Shown here piece by piece: positions 11,028 through 22,403 of a stretch of DNA of 64,000 nt. Made by a program: the position numbers and the translations under genes. The DNA comes from Strigamia acuminata. Taxonomy: Eukaryota. The stretch spans positions 20,894,001 through 20,958,000 of the forward strand of contig OX442314.1 in the NCBI GenBank assembly GCA_949358305.1. The letters are read 5' to 3'. The notes under the pieces are model-generated. The model searched no databases. It saw only the letters and a program-made list of their open reading frames with translations, and had not been told where the DNA came from. Within the stretch, counting starts at the first letter, position 1, and each line of letters begins with the position of its first letter.

Positions 11028-13392
11028 CTGATAAAAAAAAGACGCAAATTAGATAAAAAGCCTCAGAATTAGCCACTTGGCAGATCATTCATCCCTGACC
11101 ACACGTTTAATGAAGCGTGAGACTGTGGGGAAGTTTGCAACGTTGTTGAAAGATGTTATTTGGAAAAGTTTTCCAACTTAATAACATTTATTAAATATAA
11201 ATTAAATTACGAGAACAAACTTTAAGTTACGACGTTACAATGTTACACTTCTCCGTTCCCATCCCTAGATATCAATTGAATACAAATACCTGAAATTGCT
11301 ACCGACAAACACAACTTGATTTTATTTAATTTAAAAAAAATATTATCTATAACTAAAAGAGCAGAAAAGAAAACAGAGATATCTTAATATTCTGACGGGT
11401 TAGTCGTACAGACGTGCACCAACCATTCCAATTCACCGAATACTACACGAGGGACTCATGAAACCAAAAAAAAAAGAAGAGAAAAAAACCACCCGGAAAC
11501 AATAACAACCTCTTCCCAGCACAGTTGTTTGTTGAGACCAACAAAGTAGAAAATGGAATGGACTGCTCGCAACCCAGCACGCTTTTTAAACACCCACAAG
11601 ACTCATTAAAGCAGATCGACAACATTTTCAGGTAACGAATAGAATTGCATTATTATTCAACACGGTCAAGCTGAAATATATATTCAAAGAGTAACAAATT
11701 CTGCAATTCTACAAGCATATTGGAATTTGAAATGGTTTCATCGCTATACGAGTATAGAAAACATATAAAAAAGCAGTTAACATATTCCTCGCTTTATTTT
11801 TTGAATTTTGCCGAGTGTGCCAGGTGTGTGTATCATCGATATTTCTACATATGCAAAATTGTTTCTATCGCTATGGGTCACTATATAAACTAAAACAATT
11901 GCAAAAGTTGAATTCTGTTTCAAAATAAATAGAAATTTAAATTACTTTTCTTCAAATTTTGTCACACTTATGTTTGATTTCTTAGATCCAACATAAGTTA
12001 TTATCCGAATGCTCACCTCGCTAGCATCAGCTATCGCTCGCTCCGCCATCTTGAGTGATTGTTGCGACACATTTGTTGCCTTTGCTTACGATGTCGCCCG
12101 TCCAGCTGTATTTGCTTAATTGAACGGCAATTCGTCATGAGCAATAGCTACATGTTCATCACATTTTACCATTTCTTGGACTATGTAATGTAATGTGGTC
12201 GTATTTTTATTTTTTGCTAGAATTGCAATTACGATCATATTTCCTGTATGGTTTTGATGAAAATGGCTATTACCTGCTGTTCCATGGCATCAAATCACAT
12301 AGAGATTACCGAAGAAATGTCAAGTCAGGTTACGACATCAATTCCAGGAAATGTTTTTGTGCTTGTCATATTCGTCGTAACAAAACATTTTCTTGTCAAC
12401 ATGATCGCATTAAGAGAAATTTGACAAATACCAACGAAGCAGCACGATGATATCGTCCCGCAAAATGTATTCAAATTCAAAGCAAATACGAGCACACATC
12501 AAATTTGATAATCGCATTAGGTATGTAAATATATAATGAACTACTTCATTATACAAAACTTAAAACTGATTTCCATTTTCAATACCCATCATTACCAACT
12601 AAAAAAAAAAAGAGTGCCGAGACATTCGAAATTCCTACACAAATAATTTGAAATTTTTCAAAAAAATAAAAATTCCCATTTAAAAAAACCAGATAATCGA
12701 ACGGTGCAGCAATAAATTGTCTTTAATAACATCCTAGCAATTGCTACGAGTTGATCTCGACACAAAGTTCACTAGGTTAATTAACCACTCCAATTAGATC
12801 GTGACAGAACATGTCACGAGGCGCAACATCAATGCTCAAGATAAGCAACGTCACCTCCATTTTAAATGACTGTAGGCGAGTGTGACAGAGTTAGTGCACC
12901 TAAGATCAAAGTTGTTGCCTTGGTGATAAGGACTCGGATCCATTTCAATGCCGTCTATACATGCGAGGAGTTCAAGCTGCGGGCTAAAAAGTGCCAATCG
13001 AGTTTTACCACGTTTCAACTTAAAAATAATCAACTTTTGCAAGCAAACTTTTTCTTTTGGCACCTTCCCAAACCCCTCACTCTCGCCTGTCCATCACACA
13101 ATGTCTTGGAGCATTATTCCATTTGATTTGTAGCAGCCATGCTATGCCCGTGTGACTCAGGCCTTTTCTACTACACATCAATTAAGGGAAACGCGGATAG
13201 GAAACGCTGGCTCCACCCACACACAATTTGACGTTTGCTGTGATTAAGAGTCCTGCATAATGGCCTCACATGATTGATGAGGTTAGGATAGGTTCCAATT
13301 ATCAAGCCCAAAAAGCACGTACAAAAAATAACACGGGTGGCATCCATTGTTGAGCCAAAACATTACCAAGAGAAAACAAGTTGCTTTTCTTT

Positions 13393-13661
13393 TACTACGT
13401 TTACATGCAGGGAATACTTCGAGTGAGATGAAATATTCCGTGTGCACAACTGTCGTGTAAACAGGGATGACAAGGATTATTCGAGTCGTGAATAATCCCT
13501 CACAGAAGGTTGTTTAATTCAAGTGAACTCGAACTATTTGTATTGCGCATGCGTTCCCCATTGGTCGAAAACCGAATGTGATCACGAATTATTTTCTGCG
13601 TGTAAACACAACAATTTGATTTTTTCACCACTCGAATTATTCGGTGCATGTAAACGTAGTA
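13393..13661. mobile_element. MITE, probably PIF/Harbinger-like
   Basis: Perfect 17-bp TIR TACTACGTTTACATGCA / TGCATGTAAACGTAGTA, with internal GTGTAAAC and AATTATTCGAG repeats. TSD is ambiguous. Confidence 0.7.
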
Positions 13662-14819
13662 TTACATTCGCTCAATCGCACGTGTAAAAAACACCAACGA
13701 AAATTGGTTTAAAGTTCTAGGAATTACTACAGTAGAGCTGGTAATAATCTAGAGAATATTATTCAGCACGGAGAACTTCCTTCTACGTGAGTTTCTTTAT
13801 TCAAACTAAGAGTAAAAAGTTATGCATAGAGAAGACACAGTAATATGATACTAAGAGTAGACTAAACAAAATTGGAGCTGCCCTAGAATAACATATTGCC
13901 ACATAAACATTATACCAACAAGAGCCGTGCCGTAAACTGGAACATTAAGTTTCAAGGGTATAGCACGAGTCGATGCGTTGCATTAGAGTGAGACCAAGAA
14001 GAATTCTTTTTTCTTTTTTGCATGAGAGTGTATATTCTGAAATGTAGTTTTAATGCACACCGCCTGTTTGTTCGTAATATCACAGCGTTGGAGATACCAG
14101 AACTGACAAAAGAAAAGAGTGTTAGTTCAATAAACTCACACGTTTTCTTTCATCAGTAACTACTATTTTCCAATTCGAACAAACAAAACCAAAGATTGAT
14201 GTTATTGAACGTTTTCTGAGCCATTTCACAAGAGACGTGACCCGCCCAAACGCCATAATTCTGAAACAGAAGCTGTGAGAGATCGATCAAATTCAAATAA
14301 TTCTGATATAATATGAATGAACGATTCAAAAAAAAATTAAAAAAAAAAAACATTTAATAAATTTAAGAATGTAGTTAAAATAGATCTTTATTTATATTTG
14401 TACATTATCCAAATCAGCAGTCATTTAATGCGGTAGTGAGAAAACCCGTAAAACTCGGATTATATTTCACATGAAATTACAAATATTTTGTGCTGGCATT
14501 TCGAAAAGGTCAAAATAACGATTACCGATTTCCATGCAACTTGCAATAAACACGCAACAAAAGGAAAATTTCTTATCTTAAAAACAGCTATTATTTTTAA
14601 AAAAATATATCATGTGTGCAATTTGATTTAGATTTCGTCCCAATTCATTAAACAAAATTTTTTAAAACCAAACGGTCCAAGAAACTTTTTTCCATTTTAG
14701 TGACCCCCAAAATAATCTTTAAAATCCTTTTTTGATCATGTAAAAAAATCGCAAAAACCTTATTTTTGGGGCACTAAATTCAACATTTTAGTAGTTTTAA
14801 AATACCCCGACAAATTTAA

Positions 14820-15025
14820 TGTAGTTTTTAGTGTCGAAGGTTGGGACAATGATAAGACGCGTGGTTAGGTTTAACAGCAAATGATTAACTTTATTCTAAT
14901 TGCTAACACATTATATACAGGTGCGCTCAACCCTGATTGGTTTACGCCAAGTACGTCATCTGGACGTCGTGGGTGCGCAGGTGAAACGTTCACCTGGCGT
15001 GAAGACTGGGCACTCAAAACCAACA
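14820..15025 (-). repeat. 3' LTR
   Basis: 206-bp direct repeat, preceded on the minus strand by the purine tract AGGGGAAG. Confidence 0.97.
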
Positions 15026-15033
15026 CTTCCCCT
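15026..15033 (-). promoter_or_regulatory. Polypurine tract
   Basis: AGGGGAAG immediately 5' of the TG that starts the 3' LTR. Confidence 0.8.
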
Positions 15034-15162
15034 GAGTGCCAGTCACCACATATTCCAACATTTTTACATCTCAAAAGTTAAAATAATTAAAAACACTTTT
15101 CTTAAACAATTCAAATATTAAACATATTTTTCTCAAACAATTCAAATATTTTGTTTTACTAA

Positions 15163-17091
15163 TTAATACTCTTCATATCGAATTCTTCCTGGTGGTTTTC
15201 CATTTCGATTTGAATACAGCCTCCGAGTTCTCGAAGATTGTCGCGGAGGCGCTCGTACGTTTTTGATCTGGAGAGTTTCGACTTCCCCTTGTTCAGTCTC
15301 GTTCTCGACTTCATCATTGATCTTGATTTCGACTTCCCCTTGTTCCGTCTCGTTCTCGAAAATTTCTACTTCGTTCTCGTTCTCGGAAATTTCAACTTCG
15401 TTCTCGTTCTCGGAAATTTCGGCTTCGCTCTCGTTCTCGGAAATTTCGGCTTCGCTCTCGTTCTCGGAAATTTTGACTTCGTTCTCGTTCTTGTCTAGTT
15501 CCACACTTGATTCCTCACTCGGCTGCAAAATCATATATTGCGCCATTTCCATTAATGTTTGACTTATCTGTTCTGCAAAGTCGTTTTTCAGTTTCTTCAA
15601 AATTGATTCGTATTCGAGCTTCTCGTGCCATTCGCGAATTTTTACGTTCTCGGTTCTAGTCTTCTTGACTTCCGCAGCTGTTTTCTTGTTTTCGGCTCTC
15701 GTCTTCTTGACTTCCGCAGCTGTTTTCTTGTTCTCGGTTCTCGTCTTCTTGACTTCCGCAGCTGTTTTCTTGTTCTCGGTTCTCGTCTTCTTGACTTCCG
15801 TACTTGCTTTTTCGGTCTTCATGTTCCCGGTTCTGACTTCGATTTCCATTGCGGTCGCAGCATCCTCGGTCTTGTCGACGATGTAATATAATCCGTTTCT
15901 TTTTTCGGCGGTGAATACGATTTCTCCCTTCGGGCTTATTATTTCTGCTGATTTATTGTCAAAAATCACCTTGTGTCCCCGCTCTGTGATCTTTCCGACT
16001 GACATCAAATTCGTTCGCAAATCCCGTACCAAGAGAGTCTCCGTCAAATCCAACTTCATATTTCCGTCTCCAGTTTTGACGACGATTTTCGCGGTTCCTT
16101 TTCCGTCGATGTTCGTACTCGCTTTACTGGCCAAATTCAATTTCTGGTTCTTCAGGAATTCGATCGTTGAAAATGTTGAATTGCTCGAGCACATGTGGGA
16201 ACTTGCGCCGCTGTCCAAACACCAATTTCTCGGCCGTGACTTCTCGCATTTCAATGCTGTCTCGTTTTGTTCGCAGAAAAATAATTCGTACTTGGACTTC
16301 TCGGCTCTCGATGCGCTTTCCTTCTTGCTTTTACTTCGGCAATCGGCGATTTTGTGGCCGATTTTTCCGCAACCGTGGCACTTGAACTTGAAAGTCGGCT
16401 TTTCATCAGAATCCGATTCATCGTCGCCGTTCTTCGGCTGCCTCCGTTTTTGGAACGATTTCTTGGCCAACATTGCGTCGGATACTTCTTCTTTATCTTT
16501 TTCTTGAGAAATTGCTGCGGCTATAATTTTAGCTTTTAGCGCTTCCAGCGTCGGCAATGTGTCTCGCGATTCCATCGTGATCTTGAACGTATCGAATGAT
16601 TTCGGCAAACTTTGCAACAGCAGCGTCCCAGTAAGTGTCGGATGGATTTCCATATCCATGTCGAGTAGCTTATCAACCGCTTCAAAAAATCCCTTCAGAT
16701 AGTCACGCACGTTTTCGTTCTCAGCCATTTTGTTTCCGCAAATTTGTTTCAGCAACATGCCCATATTTGCCGGTCCTTTCGCTTCGTAAATTTCGTCCAA
16801 TTTTCTCCATAATTCGTTTGAGGTTTTACAGTTTTTCAACAATCGAATCTCCGACTGTTTTACGTGTAGCAAAATATCGTATCTCGTGTTTCTGTCTCTC
16901 ACGTCCCAATTTTCGGCGGCTTTCTTGGTGTTATTGTTGCTTGGATCAACTTCTGGTCGCTTCAATGTTCCGTCCGCGTACTTTAAGAGATCGTTCTTCC
17001 CCAAAATTGCTTCCATTTGGACTTTCCAGGCATCGTAGTTTTCTTTCCCCAGTGGTTCGATTCTAGCCGAAATTCCGCCTGCATTCGCCAT
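15163..17091 (-). CDS. Copia Gag-protease polyprotein (642 aa) with integrase remnants and low-complexity repeats; no RT/RNase H
   Basis: N-terminal L..ENY..WK gag motif, LLQSLPKSF capsid-type segment, zinc knuckle CHGCGKIGHKIADC, protease WCLDSGASSHM, NLMSVGKI and GLYY motifs. Frame is uninterrupted. Confidence 0.95.
   Translation of the reverse strand: MANAGGISARIEPLGKENYDAWKVQMEAILGKNDLLKYADGTLKRPEVDPSNNNTKKAAENWDVRDRNTRYDILLHVKQSEIRLLKNCKTSNELWRKLDEIYEAKGPANMGMLLKQICGNKMAENENVRDYLKGFFEAVDKLLDMDMEIHPTLTGTLLLQSLPKSFDTFKITMESRDTLPTLEALKAKIIAAAISQEKDKEEVSDAMLAKKSFQKRRQPKNGDDESDSDEKPTFKFKCHGCGKIGHKIADCRSKSKKESASRAEKSKYELFFCEQNETALKCEKSRPRNWCLDSGASSHMCSSNSTFSTIEFLKNQKLNLASKASTNIDGKGTAKIVVKTGDGNMKLDLTETLLVRDLRTNLMSVGKITERGHKVIFDNKSAEIISPKGEIVFTAEKRNGLYYIVDKTEDAATAMEIEVRTGNMKTEKASTEVKKTRTENKKTAAEVKKTRTENKKTAAEVKKTRAENKKTAAEVKKTRTENVKIREWHEKLEYESILKKLKNDFAEQISQTLMEMAQYMILQPSEESSVELDKNENEVKISENESEAEISENESEAEISENENEVEISENENEVEIFENETEQGEVEIKINDEVENETEQGEVETLQIKNVRAPPRQSSRTRRLYSNRNGKPPGRIRYEEY
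15345..15490 (-). repeat. In-frame 27-bp tandem repeat (~5 copies) encoding acidic ENE(N/S)E(V/A)EIS
   Basis: Visible in both DNA and translation. Confidence 0.9.
15645..15815 (-). repeat. In-frame 42-bp tandem repeat (~4 copies) encoding KTAAEVKKTRTENK
   Basis: Visible in both DNA and translation. Confidence 0.9.
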
Positions 17092-17191
17092 CGTTTCTGA
17101 TTTTGTTTCTCGAAACGGTTCGTATCAAAAACGTTTTGACTTCTTCGATCGTTTCGTCCCAAATCTCGATATTATCCGCAGTGGAAGCGTG

Positions 17192-17205
17192 CTGGGCCCA
17201 TAACC
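17192..17205 (-). promoter_or_regulatory. Primer-binding site for the initiator tRNA-Met half molecule (Drosophila copia / hemivirus type)
   Basis: GGTTATGGGCCCAG directly abuts the 5' LTR and is complementary to the tRNAi-Met anticodon arm. Confidence 0.9.
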
Positions 17206-17411
17206 TGTAGTTTTTAGTGTCGAAGGTTGGGACAATGATAAGACGCGTGGTTAGGTTTAACAGCAAATGATTAACTTTATTCTAATTGCTAACACATTAT
17301 ATACAGGTGCGCTCAACCCTGATTGGTTTACGCCAAGTACGTCATCTGGACGTCGTGGGTGCGCAGGTGAAACGTTCACCTGGCGTGAAGACTGGGCACT
17401 CAAAACCAACA
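17206..17411 (-). repeat. 5' LTR
   Basis: 206 bp, identical by eye to 14820-15025. TATATAA and AATAAA on the minus strand. Internal palindrome CAGGTGAA-ACG-TTCACCTG. Confidence 0.97.
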
Positions 17412-19555
17412 TTTAACACAATTTAAAAATTCCCCGGACGGGAATTTAAGACCCCATAACGAGGTTGTGTGGTAACCCTAGATTTGCAATGTCATAGATG
17501 AAGTTCGTAAATGTGAAGACGCTGCTTCGAATGTCAATGGGAGGTTATTCGATGGCTCTCCTGGAGTTCCACTGTTTGACGACGGCACGGCGCAACTGAA
17601 AAAATTCGACGCTCTCTGGAATATTCCACAACAACGAGCACTCTCTCTTCAATGAAAAATTGATGAATTGGTGCATGCGAGCTCGAATATTCCTCCAGAA
17701 GAGGGATAAACATAAAAATAAAACCTCAATTCTCTAGGCTATCAAATACAGATTAACCGCCGAATTTCAAAAGCAAGATAAACAGGAAGGGCATTAATTT
17801 CAACGTCATTTTATCTACTTATCAAGAAATAATGTCAATATTTTAGACCTATTATTAAATTTAAACTATTCAAACCAGAATTCCCTTTAACACACATAGC
17901 TTTAAGTCATTTTCAAAATTCACATCTTGTGAATCTTACCTCTTTGACTTCATGCACTTCAATATTCATTGAAAATCGATATAAATTTTATTTATTACCT
18001 ATAAAACTTTCTCCCTTTAAAATCCTCATTATTCTTAAATCTAAATTAACGTTTCTATCCTACGGTGACTTATTGTGGGATTCAAAACTTTTGCACCAAC
18101 TAGTGATATCGTATTATTGCAATCTGTCGACGACATGCGCGATAAAAGCGTACAACAGTTGCAAGATTGAAGACAAGATAGTTATCGAGGGACTTCACAA
18201 AGCGACCAAGCAAACTCATAACAAAAAAATATTTTTAAAGACGAATCTAATTTGCTTAAATTTTTAAAGTTTGGTCGAATAGATGGTACTCTGAATAAAA
18301 TATCGAGAAGAATCCTCCTAGAGGCAATGGTAATCAAATTGGGCCCATGCTGATTTTGACTTATGTATGACATTGAGATTTGCAAGGTTTGCATTGCACA
18401 TATCCACACTAGCACAATAAAAACTTGCATTTTACGATAACACCGGAGGTATGGGAAGTCATAAGTTCCCATTTTCAGGTTCTTACAAGTTGTGACTGGA
18501 ATTTCCGATCGTTTTTCCAATTCCCTTAATGTCACAAAATAAACACACCTTGCTTGAGATTGAGAGATGCAGGGGCATTCCCATATTTCTCAATTCATTT
18601 TACACACCTATTTTTTTAGAATAGAATTTTATACAATTGCAATTTTATACAATCTTGCATTGTGTAAATCAAGTCTTCGTTCAATCGCCTTAAATTCAAT
18701 CTGTGCGCTCTCCACAATTGGCTCAAATTGAATTCGTTGGAAAAAGTAATTTAAATTCGACCTCGTGTCATTGAAATTAGACTTAACTCAATCTTAGACA
18801 ACAAAATTGACAATATACTAACTTGATCCTCAACGACGAACACACAGGAAAAAAAAGTTGAATTCGCTGGTAACACGAAACCGAGTTAAAAGAGTTAATC
18901 ATCTTAACATCTGAATTATTCTCCGAGTCTCGTAAAATTTGTTATTTTATTTTCCATGGCAAATTACACGCAATAAACAGCGAAATTTCTTTTTATGTAT
19001 TCCCAAGATGCAACTAAAAGCAAAAATCAGAAAAGTGCAATCTACAAGATAAAAACAACACAAAGCAAAAGAACTAGCAAGTCCTAAACAGATCAGAATT
19101 AAGACAAGCTCTTATTACATTCCACGTTAGTGCTTATGTATTTCTAGTCTTATCTCATATATATAAAAACAAGAAAGAAAAATCCCATTTCTTTCAGTCC
19201 TCTTGGGACAAATTAATCACATTTCTATTAGGAACACTCAGGCTACACACATAGAACACCTGCTCAACCTGAGCCTTAATACGTGTCACTTCATCCTGTT
19301 CTGTTATTTAAAAGAAAACCATTACTTCAATTGCGTCCAATGTGAAAATATATTTTTATACCAAATTGCAAGTGAAGTGACCTTTAAATTTCTTAACAAT
19401 TCAACATAATAAACAGAAATGACGAAAGAGAAATCATTAAAATTGAAGCGGATACTTGCGACACTCTTTGTACCGTGCAACCATTATTGTACCATTCAAA
19501 CCAATTTCCCAGCAGTGTATACTAACATTTTAACTATTTTAAGCTATGTTTTACT

Positions 19556-19696
19556 TGCAGTTAATATGTTCTGTTGTTTAAATGTCGTGCATATGCCCCC
19601 TGCAACTGAAAACGGACTAAATCGGTCGCCATTTTTGAAGTTAGATCGAGTCAAACAGTTTAAAAACGATTTTTAAATTTTAAAAGCTGTTTAGTC
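19556..19696 (+). mobile_element. Dispersed MITE family A, copy 1
   Basis: Shares GCAGTTAA.ATGTT..GTTGTTTAAAT...GACTAAATCGG.CGCCATTTTTGAAGTTAGATCGAG with the copies at 31075, 36245 and 51363. Confidence 0.75.
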
Positions 19697-20480
19697 AAAA
19701 TTATTTTTAAAAATCGAATATAATTTGTGTTCTAAACAGCTTGTGGAACCGTACAATGTTTCTATCTCATTCTCATCAATTGCCACTCACTCTGTTGACA
19801 ATTTTCTCTAGCTACACCCACAAATTTTTACTGCATGGTAAAAACACAGAAAAGGTGGGCTCAAATTCCAATGGATTATCGAGCACGAGCTCTGTTGATT
19901 GTTCTCCATACCCCGAAGTTGCACGAGTGGTTTTACCTTCGTTTTGTTTGTTTCATTTTTGAAGAGAATAGAAAATTGCAACTGAAATTATATTTGATTG
20001 GCTCAATTTGATTGGCATCAATTCCAAACTTTAATCAAAAGAACTAGATGATTTACGGGTTATACACGCAAAAAACTAATCAGCTCTTTTGTAACAATAC
20101 AATGTAATAAGTAAGCAGGGAAAAGAATGAAAACCCCTAATTATAATTGCAATCTATGGATTTCTCTTGCCAATTCACAACACACAATTTTTTTTCCATC
20201 CATTTCTTTTGAAGTTACATGAAGAACCCAATTTAATTTTCCTTTTCATGCCTAATTACCATTTTTGTCAACCTAAACAACAGGCAAATGCTCAATCTAA
20301 GTGACTGCAACAACAAAAACATTACAGTTATCTCCAAAAATCATCATTTAATTGGTTAGAAAGCCTGAAGAGAATGAATCTGAACAATCAATTTAAATTA
20401 AAATTTCCTTTCAAACAAAAAAAAAAATATTTCATGATCGTTAGACATGGAATTTTTAATTATTGCCAAATATTAGATTA

Positions 20481-20517
<37 letters not shown>

Positions 20518-22403
20518 AAAAAAATTAATATATGATTGTGAAATCAACTCTGCAGTAAAACTAGAAAAAGAAAAATTCTCATTTGAAAATTTTCGTAAAC
20601 CGATAATACCAAAAACACCAACTTATTAATTAATTATTAAAATAAAAGCTTCCACGTTACAAAACAAGAAGAAAAAATCCAAACAAGCTCGACGGTATAA
20701 AAACCATTTAGAACTTTATATCGATCCGCTGGTAATTAAAATTTAACTATTCCACCCACATAATAACATATTGTTCCTACTGCATATTGTTTTCAATAGT
20801 ATTCCTAATCGCCACTTCCAAGAGATAATCAACATGCAGTCACTTAGAATTTCTAAATGACTGCTTATTCACTTTTACATCAAACAATGCGAGATTTTAT
20901 TGAAACTTCCCACAAAACTCTGGGTTTCTAAAATTACTACATGCTATCATCAATCAAGTTTTACACTTAACCCTTCGCCTCCTGTGACGGTAAAACATAT
21001 CTAATCGCATTTAAACCCATAGGCACGGCCACCAAAAGCATAAATTAGGTCTAAATGTGTTCAACTGACATTGCCAGAGTTTTATATCATACAAAACACA
21101 GCAAAAGAGCATAAATTGACCAAACTTTGACGAAATAAACACATTATACTTTATAAACACAGAATAATGAATGCATTCGTACATTAAATACATTGATACA
21201 ACAAATATCGATTGGTTTTCCAATGAAAAAATTTTCTGACACAGGAAATGCGGTCAATTTCCAAAGATAAAGTTAGTTTCAAGCCCCAGGGGCATGCACC
21301 AGCACCAATTGCCCAACATAGGTGCAAAAAAAAATTAAATTAAGCCCTACGAGCACTTTTGCCAATGCTGACCAACAAAACTTAACTGTGGTACACGTTC
21401 AACTCACTATTTTGATGCCTTGTATTGGAAAACTACCAATAAGATCACCATGCCTTTATCTGAATTCAGTTTTAAAGGTTTTTATTTTTATTTTTATTTT
21501 TAATCAAATAAAAGCTTTTTTTAGCCTCTGTAAATTTCCGTATGCCATCACATCATTGGTTCCCAATTTCTCGCTACAGCCTCATTATTCTGGGTATTAA
21601 GGACTGTAAAAGGGAAAATAATAAAGGATCCAACTAGAACCGTCAATTAGAGCGTTGTGAAGGATTTTGGTCTGCCATTACCTATATTCAAAGTAAATGG
21701 AAGTTCTTATGGCACAATGGTCCAAATATGATCGATTGCTTTTGCTTAAAGTTTATGGTATCGTATTTTTCAAGCATTATTAAATAAATAAATGACCTTT
21801 CAGAATCAGAACAAATATAGTACCATATTGCATATATAGTATATATTGCAGAAAATCGATTTAAGAAAAATTAAATACGTAAAGTTTAAAATTCTCAAAT
21901 TTTCATTTTATTATAATTACTGTACTATTATAATAAAAAAAAATATCTCTTATCATTTTCTAATTAACCTACAGGTAAAACTTCAATTCTCTTCTAAATT
22001 GAATTTCAGTAGAAGCGATAAGGATACTTTTCTGTTCTTTTTTGACTATACACAATGTGCAATTCAAGGCGGATAACGCCACCATTTCCCCCAGCTTCTG
22101 AAGCACGATCGAAGTGAATCAGCAATCGACTTTCCTGTCGTTTTTTTGACCATCGCTAACAACAAAACACAATCGACTGAATTTCTTAAACAAGAAATAC
22201 AGGAAAAAACATTGAAATCACGCAATAAATGCGCATTTAAATGTTCCGAACGCAATTTAACACGATTTGATAAAGTATCGTGTTTAATTGCGTAACGAAA
22301 CCCAACCCAATGCTATTTTCAATTAAAACAAGAACAACAACAACAACAACAACAACATTACACCAATAAATAAATAAATAAAAATAAAAAGCAAACCACG
22401 TAC

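Larger units (their letters stand above)
14820..17411 (-). mobile_element. Young non-autonomous Ty1/copia LTR retrotransposon (2592 bp) in DGK intron 1
   Basis: Two identical 206-bp TG...CA LTRs, 5-bp TSD TTTAA (14815-14819 / 17412-17416), PBS, PPT and a gag-protease ORF. Confidence 0.97.

Noticed and set aside
15238..17066. Plus-strand ORFs up to 198 aa
   Set aside because: They are antisense shadows of the copia ORF and its repeats.
14660..17480. Older MITE (ending TGGTAACCCTA at ~17480) as the host of the LTR insertion
   Set aside because: The right end looks plausible but I could not find a matching left TIR or TSD.
22358..22403. Hydrophobic C-terminus YVVCFLFLFIYLLV of the 282-aa ORF as a membrane anchor
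   Set aside because: It lies after the gtacgt donor in T-rich intron sequence. Intron retention cannot be excluded but nothing supports it.
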